A DNA stretch of 64,000 bases from Fistulifera solaris (Eukaryota), in NCBI GenBank assembly GCA_030295235.1, contig AP026162.1, positions 2,294,001-2,358,000 on the forward strand, read 5' to 3'. The notes under the pieces are model-generated. The model ran no database searches. It worked only from the letters and a program-made list of their open reading frames with translations, and was not told where the DNA came from. Position 1 is the first letter of the stretch; each line of letters begins with the position of its first letter. Of the stretch, positions 36,831 through 48,406 are shown piece by piece. The translations under genes and the position numbers were made by a program.

Positions 36831-37189
36831 CTTCTATAGAGTTGTGCGTTGAGGAAGGACGAATGAGAGAGGAACACCGACAAGCAATGCTTGTCGTTTG
36901 TATTTTGTGCAGATCGCGAGCGCGAAACGTGCCCCCAGGTGGGCCCGGCGCGCCGTTGAAACGCCAGCCTGACACCGTGTCGCACCGATGATTGATGGTT
37001 CTATTTGAGTACCATATAGAACATAGAAGAAACCGTGTCATCCTCTACACTAATGAATACTGTACAAGTTCGGATTGACAAACAGAACGAAAAAAACGCA
37101 CGCGACGATTTTTTTCTCTTTTTCACGCACCCCGTGGGAAGGTGAGCGGCAAAGATATTCACTGGAATGTAAATTTGATAAGCACAACA

Positions 37190-38587
37190 ATGAGTGACTC
37201 CAAACAACGCTTCTATGTGGCAGCAGCCTTCGGTATCGTTACAGTTCTACTGACCGCCGCACAACGACGACGTCAACGCGCCGTTCCGACCGACCCCCAA
37301 CTCGAGACGTTACCGTCCATCATTGAACAATTTCGGTCGTTACGACTCAATTACGATGCCACCATCGAAGAAGCCAACAAGAAACGGACCGCCAACTATT
37401 ACGAAAAAGCCCGGGATGCACACCTGTACGATCTCGTGGTCGGGGTCCGATCGGTTCCGCTTCTCGTCCAAAAACGCGCACGCACTTTACAGAACATTTA
37501 TCACTATTATCACAACAAGACCAAATCGCATCGCACCATTATTGTCATGTGCGATGAAAGTACACAAAGTATTTTGGAAGAAGCCCGATCGAATATTTTG
37601 GCGCCCTTGCAATATCAGCACGACTTATCGACACAAGGCGTGTGGATACCCCAGCCCAACCTGATTCCGGCCGCACATTTGCACGTTTCCGTCGCCATTC
37701 CGTGGTGGTGGCATACGATGAAAGCGGGAAATCAAGAATTGTCGCAACAATTGGTGGCACGATTTCGACAAGCGCTCGTGGTCAATATGCATCACGCGTT
37801 TCAAATTGAGCTCGAACGCATTGTGTTACTGGGCGGAAGTACGCTGGTCGCCTTGTGGCGGTGCGTTGGAGAACGGACGACCCAAGATGGACATACGATT
37901 TACGATCGACACGGGGCGACGTTGGATCCCTTTGTGGCGTTGCGGCGGGATATTGTGCGTTGCTTTGCGACTGAGGATCTGTTTCAGCCTCTCACGTACC
38001 ATAGTACTCAAACGACTCCTCCTCTAAATGAAACAGCCACTCCAGTATCTTCTCCATCCAGGCCCCACCGACGCAGCAACACCATGGGGTCTATGAATGT
38101 GACAACACCGGAACGAAGTTCGACCAAAGTGGCTCCGCCGCCTCGCCGTGGACTTGTTCGCAGCAACACGATTGAACTCAAAACGCCCGGACTGGGCGAA
38201 CACGATGGTTTTATACACACAACATTGGCGCGATTGCCTCTCGATTGTCTGAGCATGACCGACGTGGAGTTGGGCCCCATTCATCGACTGTGTCGAGAAG
38301 CTACCGCGACGTATTGCGGTCACCGCATGGTGGTGGATCGTTATCGCTTTTTGGAGACCATTGGCGCCGGTGGTGAATCGGATCCGTGTGTCGATCCCAT
38401 TTTTGATGAAACTGTCATGGCTCCGACACGAGTTTATATGAACGGAGGACAAGCTTCCGAGGTAGATCTTCATGCGAGTAAGAAAGTAGAATCCAGTGCC
38501 ACCATCGGGGCGATTCAAAAGATGGAGCAACGGCCTCGAGCGGATAGTCTATTTGAACTGAATGAGGAGAAGAAGTCCTGTATATAA
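37190..38587 (+). CDS. Membrane-anchored putative 2H-phosphoesterase-superfamily protein
   Basis: N-terminal TM FYVAAAFGIVTVLLTAA; two HxS/T motifs, LHVSV and IHTTLARL. Confidence 0.55.
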   Translation: MSDSKQRFYVAAAFGIVTVLLTAAQRRRQRAVPTDPQLETLPSIIEQFRSLRLNYDATIEEANKKRTANYYEKARDAHLYDLVVGVRSVPLLVQKRARTLQNIYHYYHNKTKSHRTIIVMCDESTQSILEEARSNILAPLQYQHDLSTQGVWIPQPNLIPAAHLHVSVAIPWWWHTMKAGNQELSQQLVARFRQALVVNMHHAFQIELERIVLLGGSTLVALWRCVGERTTQDGHTIYDRHGATLDPFVALRRDIVRCFATEDLFQPLTYHSTQTTPPLNETATPVSSPSRPHRRSNTMGSMNVTTPERSSTKVAPPPRRGLVRSNTIELKTPGLGEHDGFIHTTLARLPLDCLSMTDVELGPIHRLCREATATYCGHRMVVDRYRFLETIGAGGESDPCVDPIFDETVMAPTRVYMNGGQASEVDLHASKKVESSATIGAIQKMEQRPRADSLFELNEEKKSCI

Positions 38588-39040
38588 ACTCAATAGTCAA
38601 TCTAGTTTTTGTGAAGGATTGGTCCCGATTCGTCTTGCGTTGGAGGAACCCAGTTGATACGTCGCCAGCTGCAGGAAGATGTTCTTTGATCTTACTGGAA
38701 CTTCAAAGGAAGGGACGAGAAAGTTGCAGCCACTCATTTTGTCAGTCCGTCAGATAGTACAAGGGTTTCTCTAGCACGATTTCGTGATACACGTCGGTGT
38801 CTTGGTTGCACTTCAACAGCCACTATGGATTGTACTGTTAAAGAGTAGCCAGCCAAACCTTCCATCTGTCATTTGTCGTCACTTCTCGAGAAAAGAATCT
38901 TTTTTTTCTGCACCTCCTCCCCCCAGACACTTCCGATGAGAAAGAAAACGGCAGCCTTCATTCATTTGCATGTGTCGTTCGAAACATCTTCTTCCAGTGT
39001 TCGGCAATCTTCCGAATCATTATAATTACTCGTTGTCTCC

Positions 39041-40075
39041 ATGACGAAGAGAGAATACCACCGCGAGCGCCTCTGCGTCTTGCTAGAGAAAGAAATGAGC
39101 GCCGCGTATCGCTGCGTCGATTATCTCAGCGTTTGGGAAACGGTCGGTTTCCGTCCCGTCTCAAACGAAGTTCCCGGCCGAAAGATGCTGACGCGCATCG
39201 ATCGTCGACGGATCGGCGAGTGGTTCTTTGGAGGTACGTACGTTTTGTATGGTGTAAAAGGCTGATCGACGAGAGCTTGGTTTGTCGAGCGCCACTGTTG
39301 AAGCTCCTCTCAAATGTATTTTGTTCTTTCTTCACTACTCCCTTCTCTCACTCTTCTCTTGCAATATAATAAAGCCACGGATTTTCTCGACATTCCTCGC
39401 TACGTAGCATCCTTGGCGATGAAGTATTTCGATACAGTGTTGACACGACGCTACTACGACCCGCCCTCCCGCCGCGGGACGAACCCTTCGCAAGAAGAAT
39501 TGCAGCTCCTGGCCGTCACTTCCTTTTATCTAGCGATCAAATTGTCGTGGAGTAATCACGGATGGAATGCCGAGCGCATGTGCAAGTTGGCGGGAAACGC
39601 TTTTCTCCCCGACGTTCTGTTGCAGGAAGAGCGAGTCGTGTTGGATACCCTCGAGTGGCGGATGCATCCGCCACAAGCTAATGATTTCTTTCATACCTTG
39701 GTCGGAATCTCATCGAATGATAGTGTCAGCAATTCACAAAAACAACAGGTCGAGCAGCAAGCTTATTATATGATGGAACTGGCCGTGTTGGATTACTATT
39801 TTGTCGAAAAGGCCATCCCACCTTCCTACATTGCCATGGCGGCGCTATCGAATGCCATTGTCATGACCAGCAGCTACGAACATTACAGCGAACCCTTCTT
39901 TTCCGTGGTGGGAGCAATTCACATCGTGATGGATCAAACGCGCTACCATATGTGTTGCAAGCGTCTGTGGGATTTGTACAATTCCAGCCGCCAGTCGGCT
40001 ACGCCCAAGGGAAATCCCCGCACGTCATCTCCGGCGAGTGTCACGCAGGCGTGGAGCAGCGTTTCGAGTCCGTAG
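39041..40075 (+). CDS. Cyclin (diatom-expanded type); intron 39234-39374
   Basis: RRRIGEWFFG|ATDF...VASLAMKYFD...QLLAVTSFYLAIK...ERVVLDTLEWRMHPP cyclin box; MELAVLDYYF...PSYIAMAAL. Confidence 0.88.
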
Positions 40076-40626
40076 ATATGTGTCTTTTTTGTTTTCTTCC
40101 GTTCTTTCCTGCACATGTACAGTTCAACAAATTTGTGATCGGGCTCCTTTTAAGATTCTGTGGTTCTCGCTCCTCTTGATGCCTTCAAAGTACCTATACA
40201 TATTGAGCCGGGGAATCATTGAGTGAGAGAATAGCTGGATCAGGATGTAGCGTATATGGGTGATGTAAAGTTGTCTAGTTTTTGTTTCCCTTTTTGCATA
40301 CGCGCACGCCGCGACTCATTCCATTCGTGTTGTACGTCCTGTTGCTAATGACAGAGCCAAGATGAGATGTTAGTGAACAACTGTCGTTTTCTTGAAGTTC
40401 TAGTAACCCTAGCTTGGGCTGTTTCAGAAAGAGAAATGCTTACACATGATTGAATTCCAGTCGTGGATACTTTGTACTATGTAATCGTGACACACAAATC
40501 GTGACTAAATATAAAGCGAACGACGATGAACGAAAACATAATCTTCCATTATTTCTTTTCATCCAGACTATTTTCATTCCATAATATATTCTTTATTGCA
40601 CTCACCAATAATTGTATGCTATGGAC

Positions 40627-41808
40627 ATGATGGTCTCCTTCAAACGCGCTCCGGTTTGTTTTTACTACTGGTTTTTGATTACCAGTGCTATTGTTGCAAT
40701 CAGCGTTCATGCATCCAGCGGTTCCGTGCCCTTTTTTCGCCAACGACCAAGTACCGTCGGATCCCACAGTCATCGATCCATATCTTCGTTAAGTCCTCGC
40801 TCGCAAAGGTACATTCATGAGTATAATAGTCGAAGGAATAATCAGAACTATCCTGCCAAGGCGAGTCTTCCGCCGCGTGGTGGTCAAGGAATCAATCAGG
40901 TCGTCCGAGTGGTCAGTGCCATCACACAAATTCTCATTGAATGCGGCAATCTCGTGTTACCCCCGGCAGTTGCCATTGCCCGGCTCATCGTTCGCATCTA
41001 CCGTGCACTTCCGAAAGATGCCATCGTAGCCCAAGTGGGATTGGTGTATTGTTTTGCGGGAGGCTACTATCCGACTCTGTTCTCCTCCCTCCAAGCCGCG
41101 CAACAATACGGCTGGAACGTCATGGTCCACGCGATACAAGACTTGGCCGACGAAGCATTAGCCGTCATACAGGTCCTAGAAGATACATCTCAGTTCAGTG
41201 ATGATAACGATGACGAAAGCCCGCTTTCGTTCCGTCAAACGACAGGAATTGTGTTTGCGACAGTCGATCCACGAAAGATCAATCAGGCGTCGGCAGCACT
41301 CTATACCACGTGGATGGGTGTCTCGTCGGTGCTGCAACGTGAATATGCTCGAGTCATTACCTTATCTTTGACCATGGCCGACTATATTGAACGAGTGGCG
41401 GTCTTTCTGTTAGCACCGCCGGCGTACTTGTGCGTGCCGGACGAGTATCATCGATGGGTACCGGTCGTCATTGGGTGGGGCTGCAAGGCTTTGTCCATCA
41501 ACATTGCGTGGCGACTGCAGCGTGTTATGACCGCAGCTACATCGGCCATTACGGGGGGCCTGTTATTTGCACGTGCCATCTCGAGGATGATATGGAGACG
41601 AAAGTCTTCTCACGAGGGTAGTAGCCATGCATCTACGGTTTTTGATGAAATAATTGGTTTTATTGTGGCTGGACTGGGTTTCTATACACAATTTGAGTCT
41701 CAATGGCGAAGTGGATTTTCCTTCCGCGTACCGTTTCCTATTTCACTTGTTACATGGCCGTTTGATCTAGCCGAGAATTGGATCCAATGGCAGATTACGA
41801 AGCAGTAG
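40627..41808 (+). CDS. Conserved-looking multi-pass membrane protein of unknown function
   Basis: Long ORF with a signal-like N-terminus and several hydrophobic segments (GLVYCFAGGYYPTLF, FRVPFPISLVTWPF). Confidence 0.65.
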   Translation: MMVSFKRAPVCFYYWFLITSAIVAISVHASSGSVPFFRQRPSTVGSHSHRSISSLSPRSQRYIHEYNSRRNNQNYPAKASLPPRGGQGINQVVRVVSAITQILIECGNLVLPPAVAIARLIVRIYRALPKDAIVAQVGLVYCFAGGYYPTLFSSLQAAQQYGWNVMVHAIQDLADEALAVIQVLEDTSQFSDDNDDESPLSFRQTTGIVFATVDPRKINQASAALYTTWMGVSSVLQREYARVITLSLTMADYIERVAVFLLAPPAYLCVPDEYHRWVPVVIGWGCKALSINIAWRLQRVMTAATSAITGGLLFARAISRMIWRRKSSHEGSSHASTVFDEIIGFIVAGLGFYTQFESQWRSGFSFRVPFPISLVTWPFDLAENWIQWQITKQ

Positions 41809-41909
41809 TGTTGACGGGGACAGAGCTAAATCGCTTGAATAGCAGCCTTTAGTCTTGAAATGCATTCGTCTATCCAATGTACTCCAGGCTTCCACCCGGC
41901 GTCTGTTTT

Positions 41910-43817
41910 TCAGCTTTTTGACCAAAATTGTTCAACCCACTTAGATATATACTCCTTTTCAATTTCTCTAGCTTTCGATATTGACGGCGGGTCCAAAGGG
42001 GAAGAGAACATAAGATCCGTATGATGCCCTCCATAATCCATAATGAGAGCTACAAGGTCGCGGTCATTAATCTTCTGTAGCGAAAGGCCTGGAACTATTA
42101 CATCCAAAATGTGATCGGCGTCTGTTGTGGGATCCGCAACATAGACACCGGCGGCAGACCAAGGGTCCAACAATCCATTCGAGAAAATTATATTAGAATG
42201 CGACTGAATCCTAAGACCTCCGTAGATGATATCGTAGGTGGTTGACCACGAATCCGGCGGTTCTTCCGGAAACCCGAAGTATCCATGTGGATCACTGCAC
42301 ACGGTTTCCGCAAGATCATCCCCACGATTATTCAAAACGTCGGAGTACGACGTTGTACCACGAGGGTGTGAAGGAGGCCACTGGAAATCACGACCAAGTC
42401 CTCCAGCATCGGTGATGATTAGATTCATTTCTTCATTGCAGCAAAGAGCCTCCCAACTACCTTTGGACATTTGCTCATGGCAAGCCCTTTCTGCATCGCT
42501 TGCCAGATGACGTGACACGGCACTCAACGCCGTCATGGAGCGAAGCCCATAAACATTGTCCACTGCGTCATTGTGACCCATATTTGGAGCAGGTACCAGA
42601 TCATAGCACAAAAGGTCATTTGTAATGTTGTACCAGATGGCAACCGCGTCACGTACTTCTTCTAACAAGGAAGCCGCATCGTACATCTGTTCAGGAGTTT
42701 CCGGTGCACCGATTACAGAAATTTTATCCCAATCGATGCCAAGTACCAAACCGCTCTCTCCGTACGTAACATTGTATTTGACATCCGACACGTCGCCAGA
42801 AAAGGTCACTCCGAGATCTTTCGCCAATCGACTTTGGACCCAACACGCAGACTGGAGTGGCCACGCAGGAAGCTTTGCATTCTCATTGTGCGTGAGTGCA
42901 AAGGGAATATAGCTACTTGGATAGGGGAAGCTACCCTCAGCCAAATCGAACCACGGCGTTTGAACCCAAGATATCAAATCGGAGGCATCCTTTTCTTGCA
43001 AAGGAGAGCAAAGGTGAAATACCTCGGTGAGCATACTCCGGCCCGTAGCCCCTTCTGACGCCAAATATTGAATGAGAGGGAAAGACGCTAAGAGATTCGT
43101 GGAGCAGTAATTTTCTTCTTCGCTGTCGTCTGTTGGGGGATATGGCTTGTCCATCGCCTTCTTGATGACTTGAAACGCCGCATCGATTTTGTTTGGAAAA
43201 TTAAGAGGAAAGCCCCAGATCGGAGCTGATGCAGCAATCCCACCAGTTATAATATTCGGATATTTCATTCTCATCCAAGCGGTTAACATTCCACCGTAGC
43301 TACCTCCAAACGCTATAACAGGGCGTGCTACAACAGTATCTGTTCCTAGGCGAAACAGATGCCGCTCGATAAAGTTTGCGTAGTCCGCCAGGGCTTGTAC
43401 CGACGAAGAATATGCCATGCAATCAGTAATATTGGGCGACGGGATACTTTCTCCCTCATATCTGTGCTCCATGAATACAATCAGGGCATTGAAATCTTCC
43501 GCAAGTTCCCACATGAGTCCTGTGTTATTGATGTATTGCTCCACTGGCGACTCATTGCCGGTGTAAAACAAGATTGTAGCATTTGTAGCGTTCACCACAT
43601 AGTCGTCAATTATGCAATATTTTTGTCGATAAGTAGGAGACTTATTACGTGGTAAAGAAAAATGGTTGAGAGGCTGCTCAAAGAAAAAGCACGAGTAATT
43701 GAGCGGAGCAGAAGCTTGGGAAATGGGGCGGATTCTCTCGAAGGGCTTTCGTCGTTTCGTCGCGTCCCCTTTGCAGCACACGCCGAATATGGTCACAAGT
43801 TTGAACAAGCGCATCAT
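41910..43817 (-). CDS. PRCP: Lysosomal Pro-X carboxypeptidase (peptidase S28)
   Basis: FEQPLNHF, FYTGNES, EHRYEGES, QALADYA, FGGSYGGML, FSNGLLDPWS, GGHHTDL (Ser/Asp/His triad); start inferred. Confidence 0.92.
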   Translation of the reverse strand: MMRLFKLVTIFGVCCKGDATKRRKPFERIRPISQASAPLNYSCFFFEQPLNHFSLPRNKSPTYRQKYCIIDDYVVNATNATILFYTGNESPVEQYINNTGLMWELAEDFNALIVFMEHRYEGESIPSPNITDCMAYSSSVQALADYANFIERHLFRLGTDTVVARPVIAFGGSYGGMLTAWMRMKYPNIITGGIAASAPIWGFPLNFPNKIDAAFQVIKKAMDKPYPPTDDSEEENYCSTNLLASFPLIQYLASEGATGRSMLTEVFHLCSPLQEKDASDLISWVQTPWFDLAEGSFPYPSSYIPFALTHNENAKLPAWPLQSACWVQSRLAKDLGVTFSGDVSDVKYNVTYGESGLVLGIDWDKISVIGAPETPEQMYDAASLLEEVRDAVAIWYNITNDLLCYDLVPAPNMGHNDAVDNVYGLRSMTALSAVSRHLASDAERACHEQMSKGSWEALCCNEEMNLIITDAGGLGRDFQWPPSHPRGTTSYSDVLNNRGDDLAETVCSDPHGYFGFPEEPPDSWSTTYDIIYGGLRIQSHSNIIFSNGLLDPWSAAGVYVADPTTDADHILDVIVPGLSLQKINDRDLVALIMDYGGHHTDLMFSSPLDPPSISKAREIEKEYISKWVEQFWSKS

Positions 43818-44228
43818 GGGAAAAGAGAATGATGATATGGATTTTAAAAAATCCATTGAACAGCATTCTTTCACAGCAATGAGGAGAGGCGAGAAGTGAG
43901 AGAAGGACGAACGCATTTTGATCCAAATCCGAAGTTGAGTACCGCTTCCATTCATGTTTGGGCGCGCCCGTTAAATGAAAAGCGTCAACAAAGCAATTAC
44001 TATACATACAGCTCTGTCTTACCAGAATTATTGTCTAAGTAGAATCAAGCTCCCACTTTGCCTACTATGACAGACCCACGCCAGTCGCGCCATCACAATT
44101 CGCATCCATTTTTTGCGATAGATTTCATTTTTGTTTTCACCTGGCGCACCTCTTTTCTGGATCAATGTGGTAACAGTCTCCTTGTCGTGAACGAGTACTC
44201 CTGGAATAAACAATATACTTACGCAACA

Positions 44229-45782
44229 ATGGTTCGAGATATCCATCATGAAAGCACATTGGCGGAAAGGTCGTACTTTGATCCAGAAGGCGACAATGAG
44301 ATTGGTGCGTCTGGATCGGCCGATGAATCACATACTCCTCTCAGTTGGCGCGGCGATCCGAATGAAACACTCGCTGACTGGGCCATTGTCATTGTTACCA
44401 ATGAATTGGAGACTGTGACTTACAACGTCCACAAAAACGTTGTCTGTTTCGGGTCAAGATACTCGCGATACTTTGCCAAGGTCATGACAAATGGAGGTTC
44501 CTCTAGCAATGTAAAGAAATCAAACCGAAAGGGTGGTGTTACACCCTTCACCAAAGTTGAAATGGATCAGAAAGATGCGGACAACTTTCCAATCGTTCTC
44601 GATTATATGTATGCTTCGTGCAGCTACATGGCTTCGTCGGGAACAATTGCGACGGCGACATCCAACCTTACGGCTCCGACTTTAACATCCGTGGGGACAG
44701 ATGAAGAATGCTCCAATCCTTCATCCATCGATGGCATTCGAACAGAAAATGCTGTATCATTGAGATATCTCGCGAAATTATTTGAAATCGAACCCATGAT
44801 ACTGGCAGTGAACAAGTTCATTCAGAAAGATTTGGACTTCACGACGGGCCCAACATACTTGTGTGCTGCGGCCGAGTACAAAGACAGCCGACTCATGGAG
44901 TCGGCACAACGACTCTGTGCTGAGAATATTGAGGAAATCAACTCCAAAGCACTGATGAAACTTCCACTCAACCTGTTTCGAACGGTTATCAAGTCGCTGG
45001 AATCGTTCGAGGATGACAACAAACACTTGAGCTGCTTTTTGAGTGAGCTAGTCTGTCGTTATCTTGAAAAGCACCGAGACAATTTGACTGCTGGCCTCTT
45101 ATTAGAGTTCACGGATCCAATATTGATGCCCTACATAGCCTCGGAAGCAGCGATAGGCTTTACGGCTCTCATTAAAGAACTTCACTGCGACGACGCCAAG
45201 TCACATTGGGATGATCTTGTTGCACTGGGTCGAAGATGCGCGCAAGCTGTTGTCAGAGAATATGGATGGAATGACTTTTGTGTCGATGCTGCGATCAAGG
45301 AGTATCTCATGAACATGAAAAATGCACCGAACGAATCCGGCCCAAAGACGCAAATTGACAGTCTTCTCTTCGCAACAAGTTTCGCAGCAGCACTGGACCA
45401 AGCGCAGGAAGATTTTGAAGAACTTCACATGGAGCAAGAGAAACTACAAGGAATGGTTAGTGTCTTGCACGAAACGGTGGTTTTGTTGGAGAAAGCGAGT
45501 GAAAAGAAAGATCAGTATCTGGAGAAACAAAATCGCGCACTGGAAGCGGCGAGGAATGAGATACAGCGGTTACAGGATCAGATCTTAGATGAAAAGAGTC
45601 AGCAAGTACATCGACATTTGATGCCACAATACTCAGAAGACTCGGCATTTTCGCCCTCCATTAAGAAGCTTGTGTCACCGAGTCGACTGGTGGAATTAGA
45701 TATTCATGCCAAAAAGAAAACGAAAAGGATTAAAGAGCTCCGGACCAAGAACGAAATGCGTTCGCATAGTCTACTACCTTAG
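44229..45782 (+). CDS. BTB/POZ domain protein with C-terminal coiled coil
   Basis: LSWRGDP.ETLADW.I...YNVHKNVVCFGSR.S.YF...FPIVLDYMY...NAVSLRYLA..F is a BTB pattern. Confidence 0.8.
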   Translation: MVRDIHHESTLAERSYFDPEGDNEIGASGSADESHTPLSWRGDPNETLADWAIVIVTNELETVTYNVHKNVVCFGSRYSRYFAKVMTNGGSSSNVKKSNRKGGVTPFTKVEMDQKDADNFPIVLDYMYASCSYMASSGTIATATSNLTAPTLTSVGTDEECSNPSSIDGIRTENAVSLRYLAKLFEIEPMILAVNKFIQKDLDFTTGPTYLCAAAEYKDSRLMESAQRLCAENIEEINSKALMKLPLNLFRTVIKSLESFEDDNKHLSCFLSELVCRYLEKHRDNLTAGLLLEFTDPILMPYIASEAAIGFTALIKELHCDDAKSHWDDLVALGRRCAQAVVREYGWNDFCVDAAIKEYLMNMKNAPNESGPKTQIDSLLFATSFAAALDQAQEDFEELHMEQEKLQGMVSVLHETVVLLEKASEKKDQYLEKQNRALEAARNEIQRLQDQILDEKSQQVHRHLMPQYSEDSAFSPSIKKLVSPSRLVELDIHAKKKTKRIKELRTKNEMRSHSLLP

Positions 45783-45921
45783 ATAAATGTGAAAATGAAA
45801 TTGTTGATAATACATAGTGTACAACCTAGTATTCTAGCGCTGTTAAGCTCTTTTGCTCATTCTCCGAATTTGACTTCGTTGTAAAGCTAGAAAATTTTCG
45901 TACCAATTCGAACAATGTTAA

Positions 45922-46449
45922 TCACTCAGATGGTATCCGTTGCATGAGCAAGTTGGCAAATTCATCATCCGAAGCAGTCTCGATCAAAACCGGCTGCACC
46001 TGGAGAACGGGCATCAAACGGAGCGCCAATAAATGCTTGCACAAACAGGAGCTTTCGTTGGTTAGATGACGGTTGCGCTCCATAAAGGAGCGACACGAGC
46101 AGAAATAGATCGGTACATCGTCGGAAGCTTGCGGAATCATACACAGATACGTGTCTTCGCTGTTGGTTCCTTTGCCGCGGGAGGCAAATGCAGAAGATCC
46201 CTTGACGCAATAGATGGAACGCTGACTCGTCATCGAAACAACTTTCGAAATACTTCCGGGTGCGTCTAAAATAGCCAAAGCTCCTTCCGTGGTCTTCCCG
46301 TACAGAAAATCAACCGCACGTATAATATCGTCTTCATGTTGCTGCATTGCGGTCTTGCCAGAGGACCCTGTCATGTCATTTTGAAGAGACGATTCAGCAG
46401 ACAGAAGATACTCATTGAGAAGGACCTCTACGTCTAATTGACTTGACAT
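45922..46449 (-). CDS. ZSWIM7: SWIM zinc-finger protein, SWS1/ZSWIM7-like
   Basis: FCSCRSF...LCKHLLA (CxCxnCxH); size and upstream ALAILD...VKGS..YLC fit SWS1. Confidence 0.75.
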   Translation of the reverse strand: MSSQLDVEVLLNEYLLSAESSLQNDMTGSSGKTAMQQHEDDIIRAVDFLYGKTTEGALAILDAPGSISKVVSMTSQRSIYCVKGSSAFASRGKGTNSEDTYLCMIPQASDDVPIYFCSCRSFMERNRHLTNESSCLCKHLLALRLMPVLQVQPVLIETASDDEFANLLMQRIPSE

Positions 46450-46940
46450 GGTAGAGAAGAAGCAAAAGGAACGAGAACGCTGGCGGTATCCTTGGCATAA
46501 TAAGTGTATACATCATGGTCAAAATTTTGTGCGTTTTTGCAAATGCCGTGATCCGCAATCTTACCGCAATCACGTATCAAACGTCATCAGGGTGCGGCGT
46601 TATGGAGCGGATAAATTTTCCGTGATCTTGGTACAAAGTGTACGGACTGTAGTCGATGACAGTACAGAACGCCACGTACTACAGGGGGAGTTCTGATTCC
46701 CGGTTCGGATTTGCCTACGTTGCACTTTATATTAGTGAGTCAGTTGGCATTTTCGTCCTTTTGCACGTTTCACGTTTTATCGTCCACGCTGCTCCATTTT
46801 GTCGGTGAACATCTCATCGGAAGTTTTATTGATTCTCATTAATGTTGGATATTCATCCGTCAAAACTCGTCAAATCGCCCCTCTAAATCGCTTCAAATCA
46901 ACTCTTATTATTTCTTGGGAAGGGCATTTAACTACAAATA

Positions 46941-48211
46941 ATGATGAATTATTGCTTCTGGTACGGAGAGTCAAAACCCTCCGATCTCGAATGGCTCGGA
47001 ACGGCCATTCGATTGCTGAAAGAGAACGAATGGGACGGTCAGACAACCTTGTATTTTGATGGCCGCAGTTGGGGGGAGAGACTTCGTGAGGAAGCGGCCA
47101 TCAGTCTGTTACAGGCCTTGCAAACCAATTCGTCGGTGAAATCCCTTTATTTGAGACAGGCGGATTTGGATGTCAAAGCAGAAACGGCTTTGCATCAAGT
47201 CTTTGAAAACAACAAACATTTAGAGCGCATTGTTCTTCGCAACATTGAGACCACAGCAGGTATTTTGCCAATACCGGAAGGTCTGTTTCAGAATCCGTCT
47301 CTTAAGGAATTGGAGGTAACCAAAGGCTTTCTGGGCAGTGCGTCTCTTGCGGCATTATCGGCGTCATTACTCAGCAATTCTATGAATCACTTATCACTCG
47401 ACAATGTCGTTCTGGATGGATGTCTCAATGCATTTGCCAACGGAATAGAGAAGAGTGAGTCGCTTCGCCATTTCTCATTGAAGAATATGCGATTATCACA
47501 AACGGAAACAGGTCTTTTGCTAGAAGCAATTGGGAAAAACCAGTCCATTCGATCGCTTTCGTTGGAGAATCTCAATCTTGGGACACCGCAAATTGACTTG
47601 ATCGTCACGATGTTTACGACGAATTGTCATCTTGAAAAGTATCGCTTCGAAGGAATATCATCGACGGAGATGCAGCCGCAAGTTTGTTTCGGGATGTTTC
47701 TACATTCAATCCATCGCTTCGCTCTTTGCTGCTCTCTGGGAATCCTCTTGGCGACGAAGGTGCTCGAGCAATCACCACATTTCTAAAGTGCAATACATCT
47801 CTTGAAACTCTTTGCTTGGTCGATTGTAGACTTGGCAAGGTTGGATGTCGGACAATTGCCGAAGGATTGAAAGCCATGCAAGGGATTCGTCAGCTGTACC
47901 TCGACTCGAACGAAATAAAATCTTCCGCTTCACCCATACTCGACAATTTACAAAATGGCAATTACTCATTGACTGAAATAAGCCAGCGCTCGTTGACGTC
48001 TACGAACACTCGACAAAAGGATGATGATTCAAAGCAAACCGCTATATGGCTACAAATCGAAATGTATTTGCGCTGGAACAAGTTAGGACGAAAGGTGCTT
48101 CGCGGGCAACGCCTAGACTTGCTTCTTTCCTACGTCCTGAATCGAGTCAACTCGGATCCAGACCTCATCTTCTCGTTCCTCAAGGAATCGTCAGCAATCA
48201 TTTCTCGCTGA
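46941..48211 (+). CDS. RNI-like leucine-rich-repeat protein; apparent frameshift at the A4 run 47635-47638
   Basis: Repeated N.SL..L.L..N units (LRSLLLSGNPLGDEGARAI). One added A gives LEKVSLRRNIIDG and joins the two ORFs. Confidence 0.8.
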
Positions 48212-48406
48212 AAATTTCCTGTCTAACTAAAAAAAATTCATAACATTCATAACAATTATTTTGACACGGACCATCGTTTACTATAATCATACTTATTGAT
48301 GAAGAGCTGAAAATGACATTTCAAATGATAAGGAGACAGCAGGTTGTGTCGGTTTAAGATCTAAGAAATACTACGTAAAAAATGAAGTGGGGTTCACGCT
48401 AACCAA

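Noticed and set aside
39041..40075. Cyclin H completing a CAK gene cluster
   Set aside because: The sequence resembles the expanded diatom cyclins, I see no cyclin H-specific features, and it lies about 19 kb from MAT1.
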